DNA of 63,553 bases, filler included, from Cercozoa sp. M6MM (lineage: Eukaryota > Protista > Endomyxa: Ascetosporea), in the NCBI GenBank assembly GCA_040357565.1. It is 13 parts of 13 records of this genome, joined end to end, with 100 filler letters (N's around TTAATTAATTAA, not from the genome) between each part and the next. Parts side by side here need not be neighbours in the genome. Positions count along the whole stretch, not along the records: positions 11,247 to 15,338 come from JBDODJ010001227.1; positions 15,439 to 25,080 come from JBDODJ010000470.1; 11 more parts are not named here. One strand, 5' to 3'. Below, piece by piece: positions 11,668 to 23,825 of this stretch. The notes beneath the pieces were generated by a model that was given only the letters and a program-made list of their open reading frames with translations, was not told the DNA's origin and did no database searches. Position 1 is the stretch's first letter. Each line of letters opens with the position of its first letter. The position numbers and the translations under genes are program-made.

Positions 11668-11810
11668 GATAGTTAGTTGAGTCTTCTAGGAAACCAACTA
11701 TTTAGTTCCGTCCCCTGTACTAGTCTGGGGTGGGTCACAAGAGCGTGGCCGTGACTACCGTCCGCTTAGGTTGGGACCATACAGTACATTTGAAGTCATA
11801 TTATCCGAAC
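11668..11810 (+). repeat. Dispersed intergenic repeat, copy 1
   Basis: GATAGTTAGTTGAGTCTTCTAGGAAACCAACTA..CCCCTGTAC..TGGGGTGGGTCACAAGAGC..ACCGTCCGCTT..GGACCATAC aligns by eye with 28884-29013(-) and 43571-43701(+). Confidence 0.85.
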
Positions 11811-11982
11811 CGGAAATTGAACGGACGTAAACGGAACAATCTGAGTGAACAATCGTGAAACAGTAGAGGAAACTGCGCTAATCATGAATGCAGCGGCAAG
11901 GAGTCAGCTTCTATCGCTCTCCCAGTGTGCCCGGAATGGGGCGCTGCGGAAGAACTTGACCTTGGGGTGAGTGACCAGGAAA

Positions 11983-12671
11983 TCACTCTGGCTTCTCCGC
12001 CTTGGCGCGCGACTTGGCCTCTTCTTGCTTCTTCTTGCGCTCGGCCTTCTTGGCCTCGCGTTCGCGCTGGTATTTGGAAAGCTCCAACTCGCTCAGGTCA
12101 GTTTCGCGACCCTTGGGAGCACCTGCACCCACACACAAAGAGAAAAAGAATACCTGTCATGAAAAACAATCTGAGGGAGCACAAATAGAAGTACCAAACG
12201 GGTAGGCCCACTGCACGCCCTCCGGCAGGCGCTCGCGCACGTAGTCGTAAATGCGCTGATTAGATGCACAAAATTGCCAACACGATATGTAGATACACAT
12301 CAATGGACCATAAAGCAGATTTACCTCATGAGCCACCCAAAAACCTACGGCCAGACCGACGGTGCAAAGGTAGATAAGTCTCTTCTGGGCCTGTAAGAAG
12401 TTGTAAACATAACAAAACACAAAAACAAAAACAAAAACAAAACAAAAAAACGCAGATGCAATTCATGTCAAAAAAGCAACACACTTCAAACCGCGCCTGT
12501 GCAACCTGAGCAGGAGTCTTTGTGCTCACCTCCTACACAGTGCAAGGTACAGTACATGGACTGTTTAGGGCCGGGGCAAGATAAATGACCCACTCGCAGG
12601 TAGGGCTCTCTGACGGCAAACGATCTGCCTTGGAGAGAAACAAAACGGTGCAAGGGACGAGCGAATTGCAT
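11983..12671 (-). CDS. Small single-TM hypothetical protein, possible mitochondrial presequence
   Basis: About six small exons: MQFARPLHR|...|AQKRLIYLCTVGLAVGFWVAHE|RIYDYVRERLPEGVQWAYPF|GAPKGRETDLSELELSKYQREREAKK...*. Confidence 0.55.
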
Positions 12672-13194
12672 GATTTCTGCACACAACACGCAAATCAGCC
12701 ATAGCTGCCTGATAGCGTGCCTTTGGGGTCTTTGTTAGAGGAAGAACAGTGCAAAGTGGCAGGTGTGACCATAGTGATCAACAAAAAACAACACACACAA
12801 GTGCCACATCCAACTGCAAAACGAACCTTAGATCTGGGCTAGCTACTCTTGGCTGAAGCTCTTGTGCTTTTGGGGAAGTGTACAGTAAACGAGAAAAATC
12901 GAAAAAAATGGAAGGTGCAGTGACTTTTGGCGCTTTTCTGATCGATCATTCTGCCTCAGTCCAGAGCCAGAGCCGGCGTGGCATGAGCCGACACGTAGTA
13001 CAACGCGCAGTCCAGTACAATGCAAGGCCGTTTTCACAATGACACAGGTACTGTCCTGTAAATATTAAACATCGTTCTGCAATACTCAGTAGTCCTTGTT
13101 CGTATGGGCCACGGTTCAAGTGTCACTCCCCAAGGTATAATTCCGAATTGAAAAGAGCGTGTCCTGGATCATCATTTTTTGTGTGACTGATGCT

Positions 13195-13564
13195 ATGACT
13201 GATGCTGTGCCCCCAGTCATGGAACGCGTCAAGCAGCTGATCTCCGCCAACAAGGTGTTCGTGTTCTCCAAGAGTTACTGCCCCTTCTGCGTGCGCGTCA
13301 AGAACGTGTTGCAGGCCGAGGGTATCACGTCTCGAATGCAACCAAGTCTCGCTAAATGGCCATGTTGAAACAGGCATTGAGTTCGTCGCCGTCGAGCTGG
13401 ACAACGAGAGCGAAGGCAGCCAGATGCAGGCGGCGGCGGCGCAGCTCAGCGGCTGCCGCACCGTGCCGCAGGTCTTCATCAACGGCAAGTTCGTCGGCGA
13501 TTGCAGCAAGACCACGGCGCTGGCGCGCTCCGGCGACCTGCAGTCGCTCGTTAACGCTGAGTGA
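13195..13564 (+). CDS. Dithiol glutaredoxin (CPFC)
   Basis: [12 protein letters not shown]...[16 protein letters not shown]; one intron (~13322-13372). Confidence 0.95.
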
Positions 13565-13677
13565 CTAGCGCGTACTGTCAGCAACCTTTCGTCGCTCTGA
13601 CCTAAATGAAATTAACACTAACGTACGGTAACATACTGCGCGTAATATTCAATAGTCAGTAGTTCATGCTGGAGACA

Positions 13678-14725
13678 CTAAGCTAAGTCAGTGGGGTCGG
13701 CGCGGAGACTGCTAGCGCTAGCACTTACATCGAGGTCCTCTTCCTCCGAGTCGCTGTCGATAACGACGCCGGACAGTGTGGCGTCTAGTGTGCGGATCAT
13801 GGACTGCGACATGAGCGTCGAGTTCGTCGACAGTCGGCCGCAGACTTCGTCCTCCTCGGTCAGCAGCGGTTCCGAGTGCGGGCTGAGCGACGCCGTGCTG
13901 ATTGAGTCCTCGTGATCAGCTTGCTGCTGCAGCAGCTGCTCGCTGGCCTCCTTGAGGAGCTGCTGCTGTGCCGCACGCAGTGTCGTCAGGTAGTAGCCTG
14001 CCGTGACGAAGCGGTCCTGCTCCGACATGAAGTCCTCGCAGAAACGCACATGCGCGTGCAGACTCGACACGCTGCTGTCGGGCAGCACTCGTCTCCTCCT
14101 ATCCAACACACAAGACAATACCGATCACACAGGGAAACACACAAGGACTACCTTGGGTCGCACACACGCGAGACAACAATCATCATGAGGACGAACAACT
14201 CGTCGGCATTCACAAATAGACCGCCTGCTTTGCCTGTGCATTGCACATGCACAGTGTGTGTATACAGGTCGGTACAATACGCAAGTACCATCACGCAGTC
14301 GCCTGGCATTGTCGAGACATTCGCACAAGTTCTTGGCCATGACGTCGACAGCTACACACATTGTCTTGCACGTACATTAACATGCATACACAAGAGCCAA
14401 GCTACCAGCCAGTTTCTCAGGCGGTGTCACCACCGGTCCCTGTATACAGAGCACATTATGTGCACAACAGTAGGTACATGCAAGTAGGTAGAGGAAGAAA
14501 ACTACCCATGCATTGTGCGCAAAGGCAGCGAAGCGTGCCACAGCCGATTCGAACGGGTCCAACTCGGCAAACCGTCTCGCTGCCTCTTCATCATCATCCT
14601 CGCCTGCACATAGCATATGTACGACAAGTAGGTTAATTGTGTACGAGATATACCAGGCAGGTCGGCAAGGTGCGTATCGACACAGTAGTCTCTACACAAC
14701 ATAGAACCAACTATCACAAGTGATA

Positions 14726-14806
<81 letters not shown>

Positions 14807-15268
14807 GTGTGTGTGTGTACTCTGGCAGATCGTAGTCGCGTACGGTGCGATTCGCAACGCGTCGACAGGCGGCCGACAGGGCTTCGTCCTCACTAAGCAC
14901 ACATGCATCAATACAGGGGGTGTCTTGCCACCCAGCAGGAGGGTCATACGCAGCGTATCGACGCAGGTAGAGCGGCCACATGGCACGGTGCAGGTGCTTC
15001 AACTGCACACACATACACACACATACACACAACAGGCAGGTATCCGAGATGAAAGAAGGACCATGTACCAGGAGGGACAGCAGAACGCGCTGCAGCGATG
15101 CGCGCACGTTGGAAGCGCCGTGTCCGGGTCGCTGCAGCTGCGAGTCAAAGCAGTTGCACAGCAGGCGGTGCAGCGTGCCCGTGTGCCGACTGACTTGCAG
15201 CACCACCGCCTGCAGCACCGGCTCCAGCTCTTCGTTGCGCCAGTTCAGCGCACGCCGGTCCAGTCCCT
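13678..15268 (-). CDS. VPS9-domain Rab5 GEF (VPS9D1-like), 5'-truncated
   Basis: PPEKL..., VNADELFVLM, LHAHVRFCEDF...AGYYLTTLRAA: catalytic AD motif and GYYLT motif of VPS9 domains. Confidence 0.85.
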
Positions 15269-15295
15269 TTCTGTTCCAAGAGGATGGGGTGGGGT

Positions 15296-15338
<43 letters not shown>

Positions 15339-15557
15339 NNNNNNNNNNNNNNNNNNNNNNNNNNNNNNNNNNNNNNNNNNNNTTAATTAATTAANNNNNN
15401 NNNNNNNNNNNNNNNNNNNNNNNNNNNNNNNNNNNNNNGTGTGGTTGATTATTCTTGTATGCTCACAGGATGACGAGGACTCTCTTTTCATGCAGTTGCA
15501 GGATGGCGAAGACACTCTGTTCGTACAGCTTCCTATGAGCATTCCTATGCAATGTTT

Positions 15558-15640
<83 letters not shown>

Positions 15641-15649
15641 CGAGGCTCA

Positions 15650-18600
15650 CCGGAGGCGGCAGACCAGGCGCACCGGGCGGTCGCGGACCACCAGGAGCTG
15701 TCCCAAAAAAAGTAAATAAGGCAGCAACGGAGGAAGGCACGATAAGTCAAGGTACGTGCGGCAGCGCCAGGCGGCAAAGCAGCGCCCGGAGGCAACGCGG
15801 CACCTGTGACAACAGTACTTTAAGAGGCAAAGCGTATGTATACACATAATGCTACCAGGTGGGAGAGGTGCGCCAGGGGGAGGAGCGGCACCCGGGGGAG
15901 GCGCAGCACCCGGTGGAGGCGCAGCACCTGGGGGAGGGGCAGCACCCGGAGGAGGAGCAGCGCCTGGCGGACCCGCCGCTCGTGGCACGCCTGGAGGGGG
16001 TGCAGCACCAGGAGGACCTGCTGCTCGTGGCACGCCCGGAGGTGGGGCAGCGGCTGCACAAGAACTCACGTGCATACACAGACACAGACACAGACACAGA
16101 CACAGACACAGACAGACACAGACACAGACACAGACAGGGAACGCACCTGGAACGCCCGGTGGTCCTGCTGCTCGTGGCACGCCCGGAGGCGGAGCAGCAG
16201 CTACTTAGGTACCCACCGTAACAATACAACACAGCAAGACACAAGACACAGGCGCTGATGTACCAGGAACAGCGCCCGGAGGCGGAGCTGCAGCAGGAAC
16301 GCCACCCGGAGGCGGTGCAGCAGCTACCAAACAGACTTATACGCGTCATACACACGGACGGTGGTACCCATATATGAAGAGTACCAGGGATGCCTGGAGG
16401 ACCAGCAGCTCGCGGCACACCTGGAGGACCAGCAGCGGCGGCCATGCCCGGAGGAGGTGCGGCTGCAGCCACACCTGGCGGTGGAGCCGCGCCTGTCCGG
16501 AGACACACATGCTATGTAGACACCAAGACAGAGGAGCAAAGGGTAGTCTATTTAGTACCAGGTGGACCTGCAGCAGATACACCCGGAGGTCCCGCAGCAG
16601 CAGGCAGCGCCTTGCCTGACAACTGTGCGCGCAGTCTCTCATTCTCTGTGCACAGTTGACATGAGTACACGGGTACTGCGTCACAAGGTCTCGGGGGACA
16701 CACCTTCCTTGAGCGATGCCACGGCACCAAAGTCCTGTGCGTCTTGCTCCTTCAGCAGCTCAATCAGTTCCTCGAGCGACACTGCGCGCAGGCCCTGCAG
16801 AGTTATAAATTACTATAGGCACACCCATAGAGACAGGGACACGGGGGTACCTTGGAGTCGGCGACCAACGCCTTTTCAACAATGTCTATGCACACTCCCA
16901 TCGTACACCCCAGACACACAACTCAACAAAACACAGCGGCACCTCTCAAACGGCGCCACATCTGCGCGCCTGCCGTTTCCGAATCCTATACAGAGATCAT
17001 GTGGACAACACATGTGATCAATAAAGGTAACATTTGCGAGTAACGTCTGTACCGGGATGAGCAGCAAGCGCTGCAGAAGGAAAAGAAAGTCGCCGGTGTG
17101 ACCTGTACCAATACGACGTACCCACACATTTCTTGTCCCTCTAGCAAGAGAGCATACCAGAGCGACGCGAGTTGTCGAGCACGTAGTTGATGAGCTACAC
17201 AAGTCATAATACCCGGTGTATGGGAATACACAACAACCAGGCACACCTGCTGCGGGTCCATCACGTCGAGATCGCCTAGCAGTGATAGCTTGCGATCTTG
17301 TTCCTTCTCGCTTCTGCAGGGGCAGGCATATTGATACATGCGTGTATGTAGCAAATACGACGCATAACTACGCACCTGTAGGAGTCAATTTGTGCGGCAA
17401 GTGCGCACCACTGTTCATCAGCCACCATATCGGCAGCCTTGTCCTGCACACAAGAGCTTGACGTCTGTGACAGTGCACAAAGCAAGGCAGACTAGACACA
17501 CCAATAGCTCGCCCAGCACTGTCTCAAGCGACAGTGCTTCAGCCACGGCACGTCGCTGCACTCGCACGTCCATCGACGCGGCCAGGTTGACGATCTACAC
17601 AGGGAAAAAGAACGGGGTGTGAGAGATTGACATTGTAAGCAAAAGATGCCAAGTTACGCCATTGATGAGGAAGAGCGTGCGCGTTTTCGTCTGAACACTC
17701 TGCTGCTCGTCGCGCAGAATACGCACCAGGCACGCGAACGGGTTGCGTTCCTGCACGGAAACAAAATAATGCGAACAGGGAAACAGGACATAGAATGACA
17801 GAGGTACGCCGTCGTGCCGCAGCGATGCAGCAGCCCTCAGCGACGCCAGAGCGGCCGAGGCACCGTCAAAGTGCGTCGTCCAGGCAATGTCGCTGTGCAC
17901 ATGCACATATACATGCACAAACAGTCATACGCACACACAAAAGGAGTCCGCCTACCCGACAATGCGCAGCACTTGCTCGTCCACCGGCGTGCCGTTGCGA
18001 CCGATCTGCGCACAGTGCAGCTTTCGAAAACCCGTGTCATGAGGAAAGGAAGGCTACCATCATGACGAGGTCGCGAATGTACAAGTTGGCCTCTTCTTCC
18101 TGATCTGCCTGCGTTTCCTTCACCGATGCCGTCGAGTCGGCTACACAACACAGGTACAAACGGACTGTATACTTGACCATAAGTCCAGCGTACTCGAGTC
18201 GTCCACGCGGAAGATGCGGCGCAGACCGGCCGGCGTGTGCATCACCGCTGACAGACAGTTGACCTGCACACATGGGACGTCAGTGAAAGGACGGGAAAAG
18301 AGGGAAGAATAAAGGCTACAGCATCCAAAACGATGACGTTCTTGGTGCGGTGTTCATCAATCACGCGAAGGAGGAACTCCACCTGCATACAGCATCGATG
18401 CATCATCACTCACCATCTGCCACCGTATGCATACGCATATCTTACGCCTTGCTGATCGACGAAGCTTTCGATCCACGTGATATCCACCTATGTGTACATG
18501 AGAAAAGCGTGCTTCAGTACATGCGAAAGAGGCGGGAAAAAGCAAAGCTACCACCGTAAGCAAGGTGCGCAATTGACGCAGATCGGCGCTGGTCACTTTC

Positions 18601-19335
18601 GCGAACCGGCGCAGCGTCTCGATCACCTGGTCGACCGGCACATCCGTGCGATCGGCGGAACCAACGCGCCAAGTTTCGTCTGCGGCCAGCATGATGCGTT
18701 TCTACAGGAGGGTCATCAAAGCTGCACGCACAAGGAAGGCTCGAGTTTACCTGCTCTTCCGGCATTTTGCGCAACTGGTCTGCAGCGGCGTTTGGTAACT
18801 GTCGCTCCAGGATGAGTCGCTCGATGCCATCCTCGATCTCGGCAGACGACATTGTTGCCACCAGAGCTGCTGTGTCTTCTTCTTCCTGTCAGGCAGCAAG
18901 TCTACTTGCTAGACGAGTAATCTGAAGAGCAAAAGACTCACCTCATCTTCCTCGTCCTCCTTGCACTCTGCTTCCTGAGTGTCCTGTTCGCCGGCTGTCG
19001 AGTCCTCTTGCGGCTCCTGGCACGCGAAAGCTTGCAGATCGCCTCAAAGCTCGTAAAGTACAAACGAAAATAGACACACCACACTCTTGGTATCTTGTGC
19101 CAAATCAGCTGGCTGGGGAGCAGCTGCAGGCTCTTCGGCTGTTGTGGCTGGTACTTGTTTCGTGGCGTCACCGCGAACGGGCTTTTTCTCCGTCTCGCGC
19201 TGGCCCCTGAAACGTACAGCTGATATCAGCGAGGAAGCGGATGATAGATAGCCCGAAAGGAGAAAATGCTTTCCCAGAAACTGATATTCCTAACAGCACA
19301 ACGTACTCGGGCACTGCCGAGGTGCACACGCCCAT
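15650..19335 (-). CDS. Diaphanous-type formin (GBD/FH3 + FH1), N-terminal MGVCTS; FH2 lost at contig end
   Basis: EIEDGIERLILERQLPNAAADQLRKMPEEQ|KRIML is GBD-like; TLFLING|IVN...MDVRVQRR is FH3-like; a coiled coil and many PPPG modules follow. Confidence 0.8.
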
Positions 19336-19494
19336 GTCAGTAAACGTAACAACACTAGGAACACGAACGATGCGCTGAACACGCTTGATTTTGCTTTTGC
19401 ACGTACGCCGTTAAATCTTGATCGTTTTAGTTAAAGCTGCGTTTGGACTCACTTTTCGAGTACGGTAACATCTAATCTAGTATTTCTTGCCCAT

Positions 19495-22055
19495 CTATTT
19501 CTCGCCTAGCAAACCGAGATAGAGGCATGCACCAATCACCGTGTCGATCGCCCTGCAAACATATCCGGTCATGACCTTGGAAACTAGGAGTATGGGAGGA
19601 GAGGTATTACATGTTGCTGTCGGCGCCAGCAAGTCGACGCAACTCGGCGCGACTTACATGCTTGTCCCGGCGAGCCACTGCATAGGTTAAAGTCAGTGGT
19701 TTCTGAGACTTGAGATTGTTAAGGGTCCCATACAATAAGCCACGGCGTGCATGACAGCGGCGTTCTCGGAAGGCACACGCAGCACGATGCGGGCCTGGAT
19801 CGGAGGGGTAAAATGAGGGTAGGGCGTAATATGGCTACCTCTGAAGACAGAGCCTCGGCAGGCGAGCCGCGGAAGCAGTGATGCAGCACAAAGACTTCGT
19901 AATCTGCCAGGGGATACAGTGAGTAAGATGAGTAAGATGAGTAAGATGGGTAGGGGGTAAAGAAAGGGGAAAGGACGCTACCCGTCTCGTCAGTGTCGTC
20001 GTTAGAGTCTTCGTCGTCGCAGGCGTCGTCATCGCGCGGCCACATCAGCGGCTCCTCCGCACTCACGTCCTGTCAAACCAAGGGGTATATGGTGGATGGG
20101 GGAAGGATAAAATGGAGGATGAACGAATACCTTCTGAGTCAGCAGCACTTGCAACGGATTCACGCGCATCTCATCCTGTTCGGGGGGGAGGGTAAAGTAC
20201 GGTGGGAGGGGTAAAGTACGGTGGGAGGGTAAAGGAGGGTAAAGGGGGAAGGAGTAAAAGAGCAACAAGGCACCAAGGCAGCCACGCGGAGGTGCGTCGC
20301 TTCCGACAGCGAGAAGCACGCGAGGTCCAGTTTAAAGTGCATCTGCGGGAAGGGGTAAACAGGGTGAACATGAGTTCAAGTCGGAGTTAAATGAGGGGAG
20401 CTTAAATGGGGGGGGGGGGAGTTAAATCTCACCGTGTTGCTGTCGACGTCCCTGGCTACGAGACAGGTGTCTGCCTGCAGCACAGGCGGCAGCAAGTCGG
20501 TCGCCCTGACCTCGCTCAGCAGGGTCCGCGTCTCCTCCAGTGCCTGCTCCAGCGCGGCCACACTCGTAACCGGCGCACGCAGTGTCGGCGACGCTGCTGC
20601 CACGTGTCCTATGGGTAGCCCACATAGGTAGCCCAAACAGGTAACCCACACGCACGTGCCAACCCAAACACCCTGAGTCACCAGTCTGACCAGTGGTACC
20701 AACAGCACGTGACACCAACGACGCCGCACTGCGCGGTACAATGGACACATTGATCGACAGCGAATCCTCGAGACACTCGACCTAAGGAAACAAGAGGGTA
20801 ACATGGGGACAGGGGGTATCGGGGGGAGGGGGTAAACACCTGATGCCACAGACCGGCCGGGAAGTGCAAACACGCACCTGCGTGCAGTTCCACCTGACAC
20901 ACGGGGGGAGGGGGTAAACAGGAGGTAAAGGGGGGTAAAGGGGAATACTACTTCAGCCTGCGGTGCCATAGAGGCAGCCTCGGCGAGGGCAAAGTCGGCG
21001 TCAAGTGACACGTGCAACTTGGCCTGCTCCTCCACCACTCCAGTGTCACGGAAGTGCGGCGTCGCTCCACGCAGTGCATTCGGCACGCGCGACTGTCGCA
21101 GCTGCCACCGCTTGCATCCCGACAATTGGTACGTGAAGTTGTGCTGGAAGTCCCAGTGCCCTGGGGTGGTAAGGAAGTACATGCCAATCTGTAAATACCA
21201 ATATTCACAGAAGGTTAAACATACAAGTCGTCGTGTGGCCCTTGCGGCTTGCAAACACTGCGAGTAGGTGGTAACATAGAAGTAAATGGGGAGAGGGTAG
21301 AATGGCACCCTCAATCTCAGCACGCGGGTCCTGCAGCAGCGTCGGAATGCCGCACTCGGCCGATAGCGAGTGACACAGCAAATGCTCCAGCTCGGCCGGC
21401 GCGCGGAAGTACAACGAGGCGCCGTTCTCGTAGCACGCCAGAGCCTAAACGGGAGGTGCCAGGGGTAAAGCGGTTTGTGGTAGGGGGTAACAGGGGTAGC
21501 AGGGGTAAAGACGACGGAGGCTAAACTACGGCATCAACGTCCTCTACAGTGAAACTGCGACTGCCGAACCACACGTGGATCTGCTCCGACGCACTACGGG
21601 CAAGGATCAAATAGGGGTAAATGGGGGGAATGGAAGTAAATGGGGGTAGAGCGGATTTAAAGTTAAAAAAGATTAAGGGGTAAAGGATGAAAGGTGACAA
21701 ACTGCACCTGTGCTGCATTAAGGTCCGCAGGTCACCGCCACCCAGCGCTTCCTGAATAGCTACAGAAGCCCCAGAATAACCTTGACTGGACAGAAACAGT
21801 GGTTAATGTAGCATTAGATTACACTGCACACGGCCTGCCATGCGCTTCGCTGCCTTCTTGTCCTTGCCGATCACTGCCTGTGACACATACGACAGTCAAA
21901 TCCTCTGCCAGTGGCAGGGGGTGTACCAAACACGACTTGGCAAACGTGGTCTCGACAAAGTCATCAACCTCGGCGGGGAACACAAAGGTCGCCAGCGCGT
22001 CATCATCCAGTTCAAAGTCGCTGCACGTGATCAAGTCAAACGCGGATTTTCTCAT
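19495..22055 (-). CDS. JmjC/cupin 2-oxoglutarate oxygenase (cupin_4/ROX-like)
   Basis: SLYFRAP, EIE|VFASRKGH..HWDFQHNFTYQLSGCKRW (HxD), LHAGACLHFPAGLWHQV (distal His), SLSINVS. Terminal exons are inferred. Confidence 0.85.
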
Positions 22056-22307
22056 TCTGCAAAAACCACATCATACGGCACTTCGTCAGCCGCCACGCGG
22101 AGCACGCGCAAGCAGTCCGAGCTCATTTAGAAATGTTTAAACTGTAGTAACACGCGACCACAGTCCCTGACACACTGCAACTGCCTCGTGAGAAACTAAG
22201 CGAATCGGCTCAACAAGAGCCGAAAATAATTAATTGAAGCCAAAATCAAGACGAATCCAGTGAAACCTTGCTCAAGAGTGCCGTCTGTGTACTGTAGTTC
22301 GACAGCC

Positions 22308-23519
22308 ATGAGCACAGACTGGAGCGTGCGTTGAGTTCTATGTTTTTCTTGGTTGAATTTGGTTTCAATTCAAGCAAGTGCAGGTCGACAAGATCGCCGA
22401 GAGACGGCGCGAGCTGTACCCAGGCAGACAGAATGCGCGCAAGCAGTGTCAGAACTGCCTCCAGGTAGCTTTTCATATTACTATCATAAAACTCTACGGC
22501 TGTGAACACTATGTGATACAGGAGGGTCACCTGACGTATGAGTGTCCGAACGAGAAGGTCTACCTACAGGTGCTTCTTGCTTTCTATGTGTGTGGATACC
22601 TTTCCTTTGCTTCGTACGATATACACGCTGTTTGTTTATCTGAATTCAGCGCCGTTCGGCCACGTCGGAGCTGTTGCGCCCGGACATTAAAGACAAGAAG
22701 GTACATTTATGTCTTTGCCTGTAGTTTTAGTCTTCTTTATTCTGTTTACGCCCGTAGACGGTGCTTCCGCCAGACCAGCAGCGCATCCAGCAACTCGAGG
22801 AGCTGGCCGAGCAAGAGATGGAGCGACAGTAGCGTTTCTTTTTCTTGTTGTTTGGGTGTGCGAGCCCGCAAAAATATCGCTGTATTTTTCGCAGACTCCG
22901 CGAGGAAATGAAGCGTCTCGTCAAGGAGAGACGCCGCAAGAAGGTGCTGTCCTTGTTTGGTTCTCTTTATTCCCTTACTTTCGCCCCTAAACCGCACTCC
23001 ATAGAAGCAACGCAAGCGCGAGAAGGAACGCGAACAGCGCCGCCGGAAGAAGGTGCATTTCTCATCAGCACACCTTGGTTTGGCTGCACTTAACCACTTT
23101 TCCCGATTAGGACGACCGCACCGAGTCCTCGAAAAAGGAAGAGGCGGATGAACCGCGTCACAGGGTGTGCACTCTTTTCTCTTTTGGTGTCCTTGCGTAA
23201 TGTATGACCCCCCCCCCGCGCGCCTCAGTCTCGTTCGCGTTCGCATTCGCGTTCTCGTTCTCGTTCGCGCGATCCCAGTCGGTATTTTAAAACACGTTCT
23301 GAGTTTATTCTGTGCAGCTATAAGTTACTAAAGCAAAACGTTTGATCATAGTCGCCGACGCTCTCGCTCTCGTTCGCGCGACCGCTCGCATCGCCGGTAC
23401 GCGAACTCGCTTCTCACTTCTCAGTTGTCTTCCGTTCAGTTCGGTGTGTCCGACGTGTTTTGTTGTGTGTTGTTTTAAGTAGTCGCTCGCACTCGCGTTC
23501 GCGTTCGCGTTCGCGCTAG
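22308..23519 (+). CDS. SREK1IP1: Zinc-knuckle RS-rich protein (SREK1IP1-like)
   Basis: CQNCLQ|EGHLTYEC followed by YLQRRSATSEL, a basic coiled coil and an RS-repeat tail. Confidence 0.65.
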
Positions 23520-23825
23520 CGTACCTCACGTACGTAGTCTAAACGAAGCGTGCCGGCCTGGCCGAGTTTCACAGTTAGTCTCCTGGGTTACGAGCCTAGT
23601 TACGTATGCAAACGTATAATGTTGCCTTCGATCGGACCCTACCGGTCGTTGGCCTAGGATGCTGATGATGCTCGTAAGAACATCATCAAACGAAACGACT
23701 GACGCGCCCCCTTAAAAAACAAGAAAAAATTGCCGATCGGCTAGTTCTCGCGCTTTTGGGTCGCCAGGCGCCGTGCAGCGCAAGTATTGTATTATTACAT
23801 TCTGACTAGCGCAAAAGCGAGGGAA

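Noticed and set aside
11715-11785. Intergenic repeat as 5S rRNA, tRNA or an HDV/hammerhead ribozyme
   Set aside because: Only a short resemblance to the 5S box C region. No cloverleaf, A/B boxes or ribozyme core could be identified by eye.
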